In this document: positions 50,307 through 59,444 of the stretch, piece after piece | How positions within the stretch are numbered: position 1 is the first letter of the stretch | Layout: each line of letters starts with the position of its first letter | Assembly: GCA_963824385.1 (NCBI GenBank) | Contig: CAWGPD010000004.1 | Coordinates: forward strand, 256,001 to 320,000 | Reading direction: 5' to 3' | From: an uncultured Nitrososphaerota archaeon | GTDB taxonomy: Archaea > Thermoproteota > Nitrososphaeria > Nitrososphaerales > Nitrosopumilaceae | Length of the DNA: 64,000 bases | Notes under the pieces: generated by a model | Databases searched by the model: none | What the model was told of the DNA's origin: nothing | Seen by the model: only the letters and a program-made list of their open reading frames with translations | Program-made: the position numbers and the translations under genes

Positions 50307-51332
50307 TCAGCCAAACCACTGGTCTAAATTATGACTCTTCTTTTCATATGATTTTTTCAGTCTGTTCAACGATGTATCAACACGGTCAAGTGAAAAACTT
50401 CGCTCCTTTGTGAGATAATTTGTTATTCCAGCATAGTCGATATTTCCAAATTTTATTTCTGATACATCTGCAACCTTTGGTTTAAGGAATATCTCGCGTA
50501 TCTGAGAATAGTCTATCTCGCTTAATTTATCTTGGATTTGTGGAACATTTTCCAGATTTCCATGCTCTTTTATCATCTTCAGGGCAGTCTTGGGACCAAT
50601 TCTCTCAAAGCCATCAGGGTTAAAGTCCGTACCTATTAGTATTCCAATATCTACAAGCTGTTCTCTTGTTACCCCAAGTTCTGCAAGTGTTTTCTCTAAT
50701 AAGATAAGTTCGGGTTCGATCTCAATTGTAGTATTTCTATTTGGTAATTTTCTCTTTCCACTATTTGTGAAATTTCGTACCAATCTTTTTGCACCAAACA
50801 ACAAAGAATCAAAGTCCTGGCTTGCCGACGCAAATGCCTGACCAGTATTTGTAAGATGAGCAGCAGTAGCTTCTCCTTCAGATGGTGCCTGTATGGAAGG
50901 TATACCAAAAAGGTCTAGAAATTTTTTTGATTCTTCAACCATATCATCTCTAAGTACAGATGTTTGTTGTGCAAACTTTTTTGCCTCAACATAATTTCCT
51001 TCACTAATTGCAATCTCATATTTTATTGTGGCATCTTTTTTTACCTGCTTTCTTCTTTGTATCTCCGCAGATTTTAAAGAAGGAGGTCTGCCATCAAAGA
51101 CATAGACAGGTTTTATTCCAAGTGACAAGAAATTGATATTTCTGTAAAAAAGTCCGCTGATATGACTGGTAATTTTCCCATTGTGATCAGACAAGGGAAG
51201 GCCGTCAGGACCACGTATTATAGAAAGAAATTGGTATATTGCATTATAGGCATCAATTGCAACTATTTTTGATGTAAAAGATTCAAGATTTGTTTTTTCT
51301 CTAACACATAGTTGCTTAAGATCTAGACCCAT
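50307..51332 (-). CDS. fen: Flap endonuclease 1
   Basis: [41 protein letters not shown]-like NLDQWF. Confidence 0.97.
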   Translation of the reverse strand: MGLDLKQLCVREKTNLESFTSKIVAIDAYNAIYQFLSIIRGPDGLPLSDHNGKITSHISGLFYRNINFLSLGIKPVYVFDGRPPSLKSAEIQRRKQVKKDATIKYEIAISEGNYVEAKKFAQQTSVLRDDMVEESKKFLDLFGIPSIQAPSEGEATAAHLTNTGQAFASASQDFDSLLFGAKRLVRNFTNSGKRKLPNRNTTIEIEPELILLEKTLAELGVTREQLVDIGILIGTDFNPDGFERIGPKTALKMIKEHGNLENVPQIQDKLSEIDYSQIREIFLKPKVADVSEIKFGNIDYAGITNYLTKERSFSLDRVDTSLNRLKKSYEKKSHNLDQWFG

Positions 51333-51368
51333 GTCATTTCCCTTACAATATGGCTATTTTTTATCTTC

Positions 51369-51548
51369 TTATTTCTTTTTCAAGCTAGACTTTTCCCAGC
51401 CTTTTTCTATAATTTCCTCGTAAATATTTGAGAGTTTTGGAATTGGTTCGCCCTTTTCTGCCGCAGTCTTTACTTTATCTCTATAATAGAGCTCAATGGC
51501 TTTTGCAGTACCATCATCAATTGTTATAGAGATTCTAGTCTTTGCCAA
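51369..51548 (-). CDS. 59-aa ribbon-helix-helix-like protein (not in ORF track)
   Basis: TTG start; MAKTRISITIDDGTAKAIELYY...KLSNIYEEIIEKGW. Confidence 0.7.
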   Translation of the reverse strand: MAKTRISITIDDGTAKAIELYYRDKVKTAAEKGEPIPKLSNIYEEIIEKGWEKSSLKKK

Positions 51549-51598
51549 TTATTTTCACTTTGTAAAAATATTAAATATCAATAATAAACTATCCATTA

Positions 51599-51778
51599 TC
51601 AATTTTTCAAGACTTGGGGAACAAGCACAAATCCCTCTTGGGTCACAGTCATCTTGACAGGAGTATCTTCTGAGAGACCAAGTTGAACCAAGAACATGCC
51701 TATTGTAACCTCATCGGGAAGAACATACCTCTTACCCTCAAACTCTACTGAGACTGTCTTCTTGGTAATGGTCTCCAT
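51599..51778 (-). CDS. 59-aa AbrB/MazE-like small protein (not in ORF track)
   Basis: METITKKTVSVEFEGKRYVLPDEVTIGMFLVQLGLSEDTPVKMTVTQEGFVLVPQVLKN. Confidence 0.6.
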   Translation of the reverse strand: METITKKTVSVEFEGKRYVLPDEVTIGMFLVQLGLSEDTPVKMTVTQEGFVLVPQVLKN

Positions 51779-51888
51779 TTATTATTGATATAATAAATTC
51801 TCTACTTTATATCTTTTATTATATATCTGATCAGCTGATCACTTATTATCATTGTATTTATGTACCAAAACCAGAGTCTTGACATACT

Positions 51889-51984
51889 GCCAGGTTAGCC
51901 AAGTGGAACGGCGACCGCCTCGAGATCAAATACAAGGTAGCGGTTGTGCTTCGGCACGCAGGGGTTCGAATCCCTTACCTGGCG
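51889..51984 (+). tRNA. tRNA-Ser(CGA) with 14-nt intron at 37/38 (51925-51938)
   Basis: Acceptor GCCAGGT/ACCTGGC, anticodon stem ACCGC/GCGGT, long variable arm GTGC-TTCG-GCAC, GGTTCGAATCC, discriminator G, no encoded CCA. Confidence 0.92.
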
Positions 51985-52150
51985 CTGTAATTTTTTATTA
52001 TAAATTTAGTGAAATTTCGTTCGTAAATTTTGTCAAAAATTGGAGATTCGAACTAAATGTTTGACACCCCGATGGAGAGTAGAATTTTTTAACATAATCT
52101 TTTGAACTGTGAGGTAGCATTTGAAAATAAATTTGAGGTTTTCATTTAAA

Positions 52151-52714
52151 CTATTTTTTTTTATAAATATAATATGCTGTGGCTATCAATATTGTAGCAA
52201 ATATTACAAGTATAATCATTACGGGGAATAGAATAAACCCCATGTTAAGAAGTTGAAATTGTGGCGACGAAACAAAAACTGTAAATTTTGCAATATTTAT
52301 GTCATGTAAAGTATCAATTCGGATTAATATGTAATAGGTACCACCACTTGGAAAGATATAGTCTTGTGAAAAATCCGTTCCATGTATTGTAGTAGTTTCA
52401 AATTTATGTACAAGGCCATTAGGAGTTGAGCTAACTTCTGGATTTACCACCGTGATGGTTTCATTAAAATTCTTGAGATCTTCACCAGTTTGTAGATTTT
52501 GAACACTAAAGATCATAGTGGAATTTCTACCCATGGAAGGAGTAGATGGAATGGTATCAAATTGAATCTGAATGTTATGTTCTTGATTCTTCCAATCCTG
52601 ATAGTTAAGTCCATAAAGATTAGCATATGATGGAAAACTAGGAATAAAGGCAAGACAGCAAAGAAGCATTATTTTTACAGCTTTTAAAAATCTGGAAGTG
52701 GAATTTGTCTTCAT
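52151..52714 (-). CDS. Secreted Ig/YtkA-like protein with C-terminal TM anchor
   Basis: Signal peptide, DYIFPSGGTYYILIRI, C-terminal TM plus KKK. Confidence 0.65.
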   Translation of the reverse strand: MKTNSTSRFLKAVKIMLLCCLAFIPSFPSYANLYGLNYQDWKNQEHNIQIQFDTIPSTPSMGRNSTMIFSVQNLQTGEDLKNFNETITVVNPEVSSTPNGLVHKFETTTIHGTDFSQDYIFPSGGTYYILIRIDTLHDINIAKFTVFVSSPQFQLLNMGFILFPVMIILVIFATILIATAYYIYKKK

Positions 52715-52827
52715 TCAAGGATTTAGACATTGATTCGACTTATAATACAATATATTGATTTTCTATTCACAGACATAATTAAGAATCACATGTATGATTT
52801 TTAAGTAAATCACACTTGATGTAACAC

Positions 52828-53442
52828 GTGAGAAAAATAAAGATAATTTTACCCATATGTTTTTGCATTTTTATTATTTTTTCATCTCATGATGCAAGTG
52901 CAGAGGTAGCAATTCATAATCCATATGTTGAAGGTATTTTCGGATCATTGAGTTGGCATCCTGACGCTCTAAATTCAGACTCGGAGGTCAGAGGAAATTA
53001 TGAAGTAATTATTACAGCAGATCCGATAATTCCCTCAATAGACCAGGTAACTCACATACAGTTCAAAGTCTTCAATTATAACCAAGGCCCTTATGGAGAT
53101 AATAAATTAAATTATGCCGAAATAGGTGTCAATCACTTTACAATGGGAGTAAGAATATATCACAATGATGTACTTGTACATGAATTTCTTCCACAATATC
53201 ATGATGGGAGTTTATGGAGTACAGATTATACTTTTACGCAGTCTGGAAATCACGTGTTAAAAGTAGATCTATATAATTTTGACAAGGACAATAATGTTGT
53301 AACATATATTTTCAATGTTCCAGTATCAACAAAATTTGGTCCCATTTTCCAATACATTTTAGTTGCAGCAGTAATTGCATTCGCAATAATCTTGATATGG
53401 GTCAGATTTGCCATGAGAAGAAAAAAGATTCAACACCTGTAA
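52828..53442 (+). CDS. Secreted Ig/YtkA-like protein with C-terminal TM anchor
   Basis: Signal peptide ending ASA, DYTFTQSGNHVLKVDL, C-terminal TM plus RRKK. Confidence 0.65.
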   Translation: MRKIKIILPICFCIFIIFSSHDASAEVAIHNPYVEGIFGSLSWHPDALNSDSEVRGNYEVIITADPIIPSIDQVTHIQFKVFNYNQGPYGDNKLNYAEIGVNHFTMGVRIYHNDVLVHEFLPQYHDGSLWSTDYTFTQSGNHVLKVDLYNFDKDNNVVTYIFNVPVSTKFGPIFQYILVAAVIAFAIILIWVRFAMRRKKIQHL

Positions 53443-53776
53443 TCACGTCCAGAAAATGCAGGCAAGCGAACATGCTTTGAAAATGACAGTTCACTAGAGG
53501 AGCAAAAAGAAGAGCTAAGAAAGTTGTTGATTAAGCATTAGCAAAAAAGAAAAGTAAGAGTGACCCAGACAAGAGATGAATTTTATTAAGATTGGTTACA
53601 TAATTGGAAATGTCATACTAAATTTTTTACTCACAACCCAGATTATGAGTTTTGAGAATAAAGTTTTAGATCTCTACCAAGTAGAAATTTGATGTTATTC
53701 GCCTAATCCAGAGTCATCTTTACCACTAATTTTCACAATATCCCAAGACATATTGCTCATGTGGCTGTTATGGCAT

Positions 53777-54106
53777 ATGATGATTGCCATAGATTGTGCA
53801 GGAGATAGGGAATTAGCATCAGAATTACAAAATTATCTAAAAAAGCATCAGTATGATGTAAAAACAGACGAGTCATCTGTTATGTTAAATGCAGTAGATG
53901 CAGAGAACGTTTTAGAGTCATTTCTCAAGGAAAGTGGTAGAACAGAGTATAGCATACGTAAAATTGATTCCGCAAATATTTTACTATCCAAAGAGGTGCC
54001 AATCGAAGATTTTGGTTTTGTAAGATGTGAAATGTGTGGATATGTACTGTCAAGCGAAGAAGAGTTGCTAGTTCACAGACGAGCGCATGGAATTCAACTC
54101 CTTTGA
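53777..54106 (+). CDS. C2H2 zinc-finger protein with possible eL22-like N-terminal domain
   Basis: CEMCGYVLSSEEELLVHRRAH. Confidence 0.75.
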   Translation: MMIAIDCAGDRELASELQNYLKKHQYDVKTDESSVMLNAVDAENVLESFLKESGRTEYSIRKIDSANILLSKEVPIEDFGFVRCEMCGYVLSSEEELLVHRRAHGIQLL

Positions 54107-54193
54107 TCGGATTTCCTCTAAAAATAATCTTGAGATTATCAACGACGAAAATCTAAAATATTCATTTATCTAGTTTATCTCCCATATGATACC

Positions 54194-54637
54194 ATGAGAG
54201 AAGAACAAGTAATTTTAAGCAAAATAGATGTAGACAAACTAGTCACATCTACCAAGAACCATTTGCAAGAGTTGGGACTGAAAATAATCCACGAAGACAC
54301 ATTCGAAGGTTGTTACAGCATCAAAGCATACAAGGGCGGAATTCCTTCACTCGTTACTGGCAGCGTAAGAGATGTCGAGATACTAATTACTGGGAAAGAT
54401 AAGGACTATGAGCTAACACTAAGAACTGGAGCGTGGGGCAGAGATATTGCAATTCCGTCACTTCTTATAAGCGGATTCTCGTTTGGCGCAGGTGCAGTTG
54501 TAGCAGGTGTTGAAGTTCTCAGAGCAGTAATGTTTGAAAAAAACTTTTGGGCATGGCTCAATAAGGAAATATTCCGTCTAGGAAATGAATCCGTGATGGG
54601 TTCGCCACAAGTTGTTGCACCACAAGATGGTAAATAA
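54194..54637 (+). CDS. Hypothetical protein
   Basis: 147 aa with Gly-rich hydrophobic segment; co-oriented with the stomatin gene. Confidence 0.6.
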   Translation: MREEQVILSKIDVDKLVTSTKNHLQELGLKIIHEDTFEGCYSIKAYKGGIPSLVTGSVRDVEILITGKDKDYELTLRTGAWGRDIAIPSLLISGFSFGAGAVVAGVEVLRAVMFEKNFWAWLNKEIFRLGNESVMGSPQVVAPQDGK

Positions 54638-54890
54638 TCATAATACTATTTTTATGTAAAGACAAACTATTGTAATCGTTTACACTCAAAATTTTAATTC
54701 ATGTTACAACAATATCAATCATAAGAAAGAATATCTACGCGAATCATGTCTTATGGGACTTAGGGGTTACAAGAATAATTGTGAAGTTAAATTTCTCAAA
54801 CATTGTTGATTGTCCATCTAAAACTTATTCTGAAATTAGTGTAGCAACGCTTTTAGGGACTACGAACGATGTAAGAAATGAAATCATAGC

Positions 54891-55865
54891 ATGAGTCAAG
54901 AGTCGTTTGCAAATTATTTTACAGAACGGTTGGTTACACAAAAGGGTTCTGGATTCCACGTTATTGCAGGAGTGCTAATTCTCATCATTGGTATTGCCAT
55001 AGGACTGACAATCAATAATTCGTTGATAATCTATGTAGCACTTGCTTTAGGCATATCAGTTATCATCTCTTCATTTCTAATGATTATCAAACAATATGAA
55101 AGAGCAATAATATTGAGACTGGGAAAATATCAAAGACAGGTAGGCCCTGGTGTTCAAACTAGACTGCCTTTTGCTGATAACATACTTGTTGTAGATATAC
55201 GAGAAAAAGTAAGTGAATTCAAAGCCGAAAGAATGCTAACAAAGGATAATGTTCCAGTAACTATTGATGCAATACTTCGTTACAAAATAATAGAACAGCG
55301 AGCTAAAGATTCGATACTAAATGTAGAGAATTTTAATCAAATGATACGACAGGTCTCCCAAACAACACTTCGTAATAATATCGGTTCTGCGATGTTCCAA
55401 GAGGTGCTTTCAAAAAGAGAAGAGATCAACGAACGTATTAAAACCGCAATTTCAAGTGAGGCAAGTAATTGGGGAATGGAAGTAACTGGTGTAGAAATAC
55501 GCCAGGTAATAATACCCCAAGAATTAGAATCTGCAATGTCAATGCAAGCTCAGGCAGAGCGTGAAAAGAACGCGAGAGTGATATATGGAGAGTCAGAAGT
55601 TCTAGTTGCACAAAAATTTTCAGAGGCAGCTAAAGTATACGCCGATAATCCTGTGGCATACGCACTAAGACAATCTAACATGTTGTATGAATCAATAAAG
55701 GTTCAAGGAAGTACTATAGTTATGGTTCCAACAGAATCACTTAATTCAATGGGATTTGGCAACCTAGGAACTACTATTGCATACCTTGAAAGCACCAAAA
55801 AGACTGCAGCCCAACTAAACTCAAAAGACGATAAGACCAAACATACTGATGCTGAATCGCAGTAG
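54891..55865 (+). CDS. SPFH/band-7 (stomatin-like) protein
   Basis: QYERAIILRLG, LTKDNVPV, TTLRNNIG, QAQAERE. Confidence 0.92.
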   Translation: MSQESFANYFTERLVTQKGSGFHVIAGVLILIIGIAIGLTINNSLIIYVALALGISVIISSFLMIIKQYERAIILRLGKYQRQVGPGVQTRLPFADNILVVDIREKVSEFKAERMLTKDNVPVTIDAILRYKIIEQRAKDSILNVENFNQMIRQVSQTTLRNNIGSAMFQEVLSKREEINERIKTAISSEASNWGMEVTGVEIRQVIIPQELESAMSMQAQAEREKNARVIYGESEVLVAQKFSEAAKVYADNPVAYALRQSNMLYESIKVQGSTIVMVPTESLNSMGFGNLGTTIAYLESTKKTAAQLNSKDDKTKHTDAESQ

Positions 55866-56037
55866 AATCACACATGGCCCACATCTCTTTTTGTTTGGGG
55901 CTTTTGTTTTGTCGAGTTCCTCACAATAGATTTTGCCAAGTTGCCAATCTACAAATTACTAGAGCGCAAAGGATTACGTGCAAATACAGGTCAACTTGCA
56001 GTGCCTAAAAAATAGATTCAGATAGATTATCTCAAAA

Positions 56038-56901
56038 TTATTTCGTGAGTAGTTTACGGAACGATTGTAATTCCTGTTTGCGTTTGGAGTCTGAATGAGG
56101 GTAAGTCATTTTGAGCCCTTTGAGTGTGTCAAGTATTATCTGCGAAAGTATCAGCCGAGCATTCTCTTTGTCATCTGCAGGAATAATATACCAAGGTGCA
56201 TTAGCAGTGCTTGTACTAAGACAATCCTCATAAGCTTTCATGTAATGATTCCAGAATTTTCTCTCCACTATATCAGCAAGACTGAGTTTCCAATTCTTTT
56301 TGGGGTCATCAATGCGTTTGAGAAAGCGTTTTCGCTGTTCCTCCTCTGAAATGTGAAGAAAGAATTTGATAATCTTGGTTCCATTTCGATGAAGATGACG
56401 CTCCAAATTGGCAATGGACTGATACCTCTCATTCCAAACGGTTTTCTCGTCGAGAACATCTCCAAGTCCCTCGCTACGGAGAATCTCTGGATGTACCCGA
56501 ACAATCAATACTTCTTCGTAATAGGATCGATTAAAGATTCCAATTTGTCCTCGTTCAGGTAGACAGTGGGTAGTACGCCATAGAAAATCATGCTCAAGTT
56601 CCTGAACACTGGGATGTTTGAAACTGAAAACGTGACAACCTTGTGGATTGATGCCAGACATCACGTGCTTGATGGAGCCGTCTTTTCCTGCTGCATCCAT
56701 AGATTGAAAAATCAACAATACAGAATAACGGTTTGATGCATAGAGAAGATTTTGTAGTGAGCTTAACTCTTCAACATGTTCTTGGAGTATCTGAGTATAT
56801 TGCTCCTTTGACTTGTAAACAGGCTTTACAATCGTAGGCCATTTGGTAAGTTTGATCTTTTCTCCTTCTTTTACTAGGAAATCTTTGGAATTAATTTTCA
56901 A
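56038..56901 (-). CDS. ppk2: Polyphosphate kinase 2 (class III-like)
   Basis: DAAGKDG Walker [32 protein letters not shown]. Confidence 0.93.
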   Translation of the reverse strand: MKINSKDFLVKEGEKIKLTKWPTIVKPVYKSKEQYTQILQEHVEELSSLQNLLYASNRYSVLLIFQSMDAAGKDGSIKHVMSGINPQGCHVFSFKHPSVQELEHDFLWRTTHCLPERGQIGIFNRSYYEEVLIVRVHPEILRSEGLGDVLDEKTVWNERYQSIANLERHLHRNGTKIIKFFLHISEEEQRKRFLKRIDDPKKNWKLSLADIVERKFWNHYMKAYEDCLSTSTANAPWYIIPADDKENARLILSQIILDTLKGLKMTYPHSDSKRKQELQSFRKLLTK

Positions 56902-57135
56902 TTCAAATCATCTACTACTGAGAACTTCTTATCTTTACCGCAGATAATCATATGATGGATGACATCAAAATTAGGAATACATAACAATTACGGATTGTCG
57001 TGTCTAGAATGTCTGGCATGCTTTCCAGTATGAATATTGTATTTTATTGCGTTCATCTAAAAATAAGTTTACCATAGTATGTCCTTTATTGATGATGTGT
57101 TTTAAGGCAAGATTATAGCCAAAATTAGACACTTG

Positions 57136-57565
57136 TTATTTTACCACAAGTACTGGAATTTTGGACTTGATGACAACGGAAGATGCCACGCTTCCAAGAA
57201 TCATTCTTTTTACTGGACCTAGACCTCTTGAACCCATTACTATGAGATCAAACTTTTCTTTTTGGGAAAAATCTATGATCTTTTTTGATTCTTGCCCAAA
57301 CAAAGTCTCTTTTTTAAAACTGATCTTGTTTTTTATGACTTGCTTTTCTGCATTTTCAAGAAACTCTGTGACTTTTTTGAGGAGTTTTCGAGTCTCGGGA
57401 GTATTAACCAAGTCAGGATTATCATATGCAACATGCAAAACATATAGCACGGTTATCTGGGCATCAAACTGGCTTGCCATGTAGATTGCTTCATCTAGAG
57501 CACTAAAGGAACTCTTGGAACCATCCATTGGTACTAGGATTCTTTTTTATTGCTCTTTTTATCAA
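57136..57565 (-). CDS. Universal stress protein; +1 frameshift at ~57540
   Basis: Corrected N-terminus IKKILVPMDGS; DLIVMGSRG, LGSVAS, PVLVVK. Confidence 0.9.
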
Positions 57566-57745
57566 TAATTTAAAAAAGAAAATTTACAATTTAAGTGTCA
57601 CATAGAATATCAATTATGAAAACATCATTTGAACATCAAAATTTGAAACTTTTGACTTATGTTACAACATGTAAGAAAATCTAAATCCACTTGATGAATT
57701 TATATAAAATAATAGTTTCAAGAAAGAAATGATATGAAGATTATT

Positions 57746-58450
57746 TTAACTGGATTCAATTTTTTTAAACTTTATTCTATACACAAATGCAACAATACTA
57801 GTACCTACAAAGGGCGCAGTCAAATACAGCCACAAGTCGTTTATGTAACCAGATGCCACTGCTGATGCCATCGATCGAATTGGATTCATGGATGCTCCTG
57901 ATACTGTTCCAAAAAAGAAAATATCCAATCCTATGACTGCACCCACTGCAGCCCATCCATGTCCATGGTGCCCTCTATAATGAACAACAATTAGAGTAAT
58001 TCCCATTACAAACATAGTAGCCAGAACTTCTACTCCAAAGATCACTGGTATTGGGTATGCATAGTTAGGTGCATTTGCACCAAGATTATCTTGTGTACCG
58101 ATTACATATTTGACAAAAAGGATGCCCAAAAATGCACCAATAAATTCTGCTGCAAGGTATAATCCGAGAAGATTTCGTGGCATGTGTTTTGTTATCAGAA
58201 ATCCAATTGTAACTGCCGGGTTGTAGTGCGCCATTGAAATTTTGGTAAATGCACGTATTGCCAAGCCAACTCCAACCGCTGGACATAGTGCAAGAAACCA
58301 AGGTCCAAACATTCCGGCATACTTTGCGTTCAATACTGCCGGTCCAGCAGAAACGACAACCAATATACACGTGCCAATGATTTCAGCAAAAAACTTTTTT
58401 TGATTAATTTTCTGATTCCAGACTTTCAAGATATTGATAACTTGACACAC
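57746..58450 (-). CDS. MIP/aquaporin family channel
   Basis: AEIIGT, HYNPA, SGASMNPIRS, WLYLTAP. Confidence 0.92.
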   Translation of the reverse strand: MCQVINILKVWNQKINQKKFFAEIIGTCILVVVSAGPAVLNAKYAGMFGPWFLALCPAVGVGLAIRAFTKISMAHYNPAVTIGFLITKHMPRNLLGLYLAAEFIGAFLGILFVKYVIGTQDNLGANAPNYAYPIPVIFGVEVLATMFVMGITLIVVHYRGHHGHGWAAVGAVIGLDIFFFGTVSGASMNPIRSMASAVASGYINDLWLYLTAPFVGTSIVAFVYRIKFKKIESS

Positions 58451-58686
58451 TAATAAAAAAGTGTGTAATATCTCATTTTGTATAAAATTTCTTCATGAAG
58501 ATATCTTGGACTAGTAATCAGTTTGAAAATTGTGACTGTGTAATATGATAAGAATGGATCTTATGTCATCAAACAACCAAATCTAATGCAGATGTTGAAC
58601 TAAAATTGTAATATCCATCAAAGGCATCATGGGTCTGAAATTATTCCAAGTCATCCATAGTCGCAATACAACCTATTTTGAGAAAT

Positions 58687-59205
58687 TCAATGACCCATGT
58701 GTTGACTTGACTGGAAATTCATGAATTGTTGTATTGCAGTGAGAACTTGTGTGTCATTGGTGGTTAAAATCAGAATAGAACCACCGTCAATGTCTTTTAT
58801 AGAATAATTAATCAGATCCTTTTTTGCTTTCATTACATCAGTGCCTGGAACAATTTGAGCATGGATATAGAATGGTTTAGTGAAATTTCCCTGAGAAAAT
58901 TCGTATTGAATCTCTTTTACATGAGATCTTATCTCATCAACGGTTTTGACATCACTCATGTTAGTTGACATGATCATAATCTCGCCACCTGTTGTAGTTG
59001 ACATGAAATGATGATGTATCATAGTTTGATTGAAGCCCATTGCCATATTGCCACGTTCCAACATTGCTGTCTGATTGAAGCCTTCTGTTGTATTGGTAGT
59101 TTGATTAACTGTAGTCTTGTTACTTATAGGCAGAAAATATACTCCAGCTAATATAGACATGATAATTACTACAATTATTGTTAGAATTTTCTTATTCAAC
59201 AGCAT
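58687..59205 (-). CDS. Membrane-anchored His/Met-rich hypothetical protein
   Basis: N-terminal TM; MGFNQTMIHHHF, IRSH, YIHAQIVPG, QHMGH. Confidence 0.7.
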   Translation of the reverse strand: MLLNKKILTIIVVIIMSILAGVYFLPISNKTTVNQTTNTTEGFNQTAMLERGNMAMGFNQTMIHHHFMSTTTGGEIMIMSTNMSDVKTVDEIRSHVKEIQYEFSQGNFTKPFYIHAQIVPGTDVMKAKKDLINYSIKDIDGGSILILTTNDTQVLTAIQQFMNFQSSQHMGH

Positions 59206-59444
59206 GTCTGATATTACATCGTGATATGAAATTACCTTATGTTTATCTAGATTAGTTCAATGTCGTAATTTCAGTCAATTTTTATAATTTTACCACAAAG
59301 TGGGCCCAAAATAACACCATGTTGATACCTTAATCCCCCGTCCTGAACCAAGGGGGTCAAACTAATTTTACTTCGCATTCAATGGCGCTGTTAAGTTTTA
59401 TTTTAAAACATGCAACATTATAAAAAATCTCAGGGCATGAATTG

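Noticed and set aside
51852..52064. 70-aa ORF
   Set aside because: Overlaps the tRNA-Ser gene; spurious
53443..53540. Short coding-like remnant (CFENDSSLEEQKEELRKLLIKH*)
   Set aside because: No convincing start codon or recognisable family; too short to support
989..57565. Calling the split genes (SDR, HAD phosphatase, DUF6775-like, cofE, kinase, cdvA, USP) pseudogenes or programmed frameshifts
   Set aside because: Both halves are otherwise intact, there are no slippery heptamers, and the breaks mostly coincide with AGCT/GATC; sequencing artefact is more parsimonious
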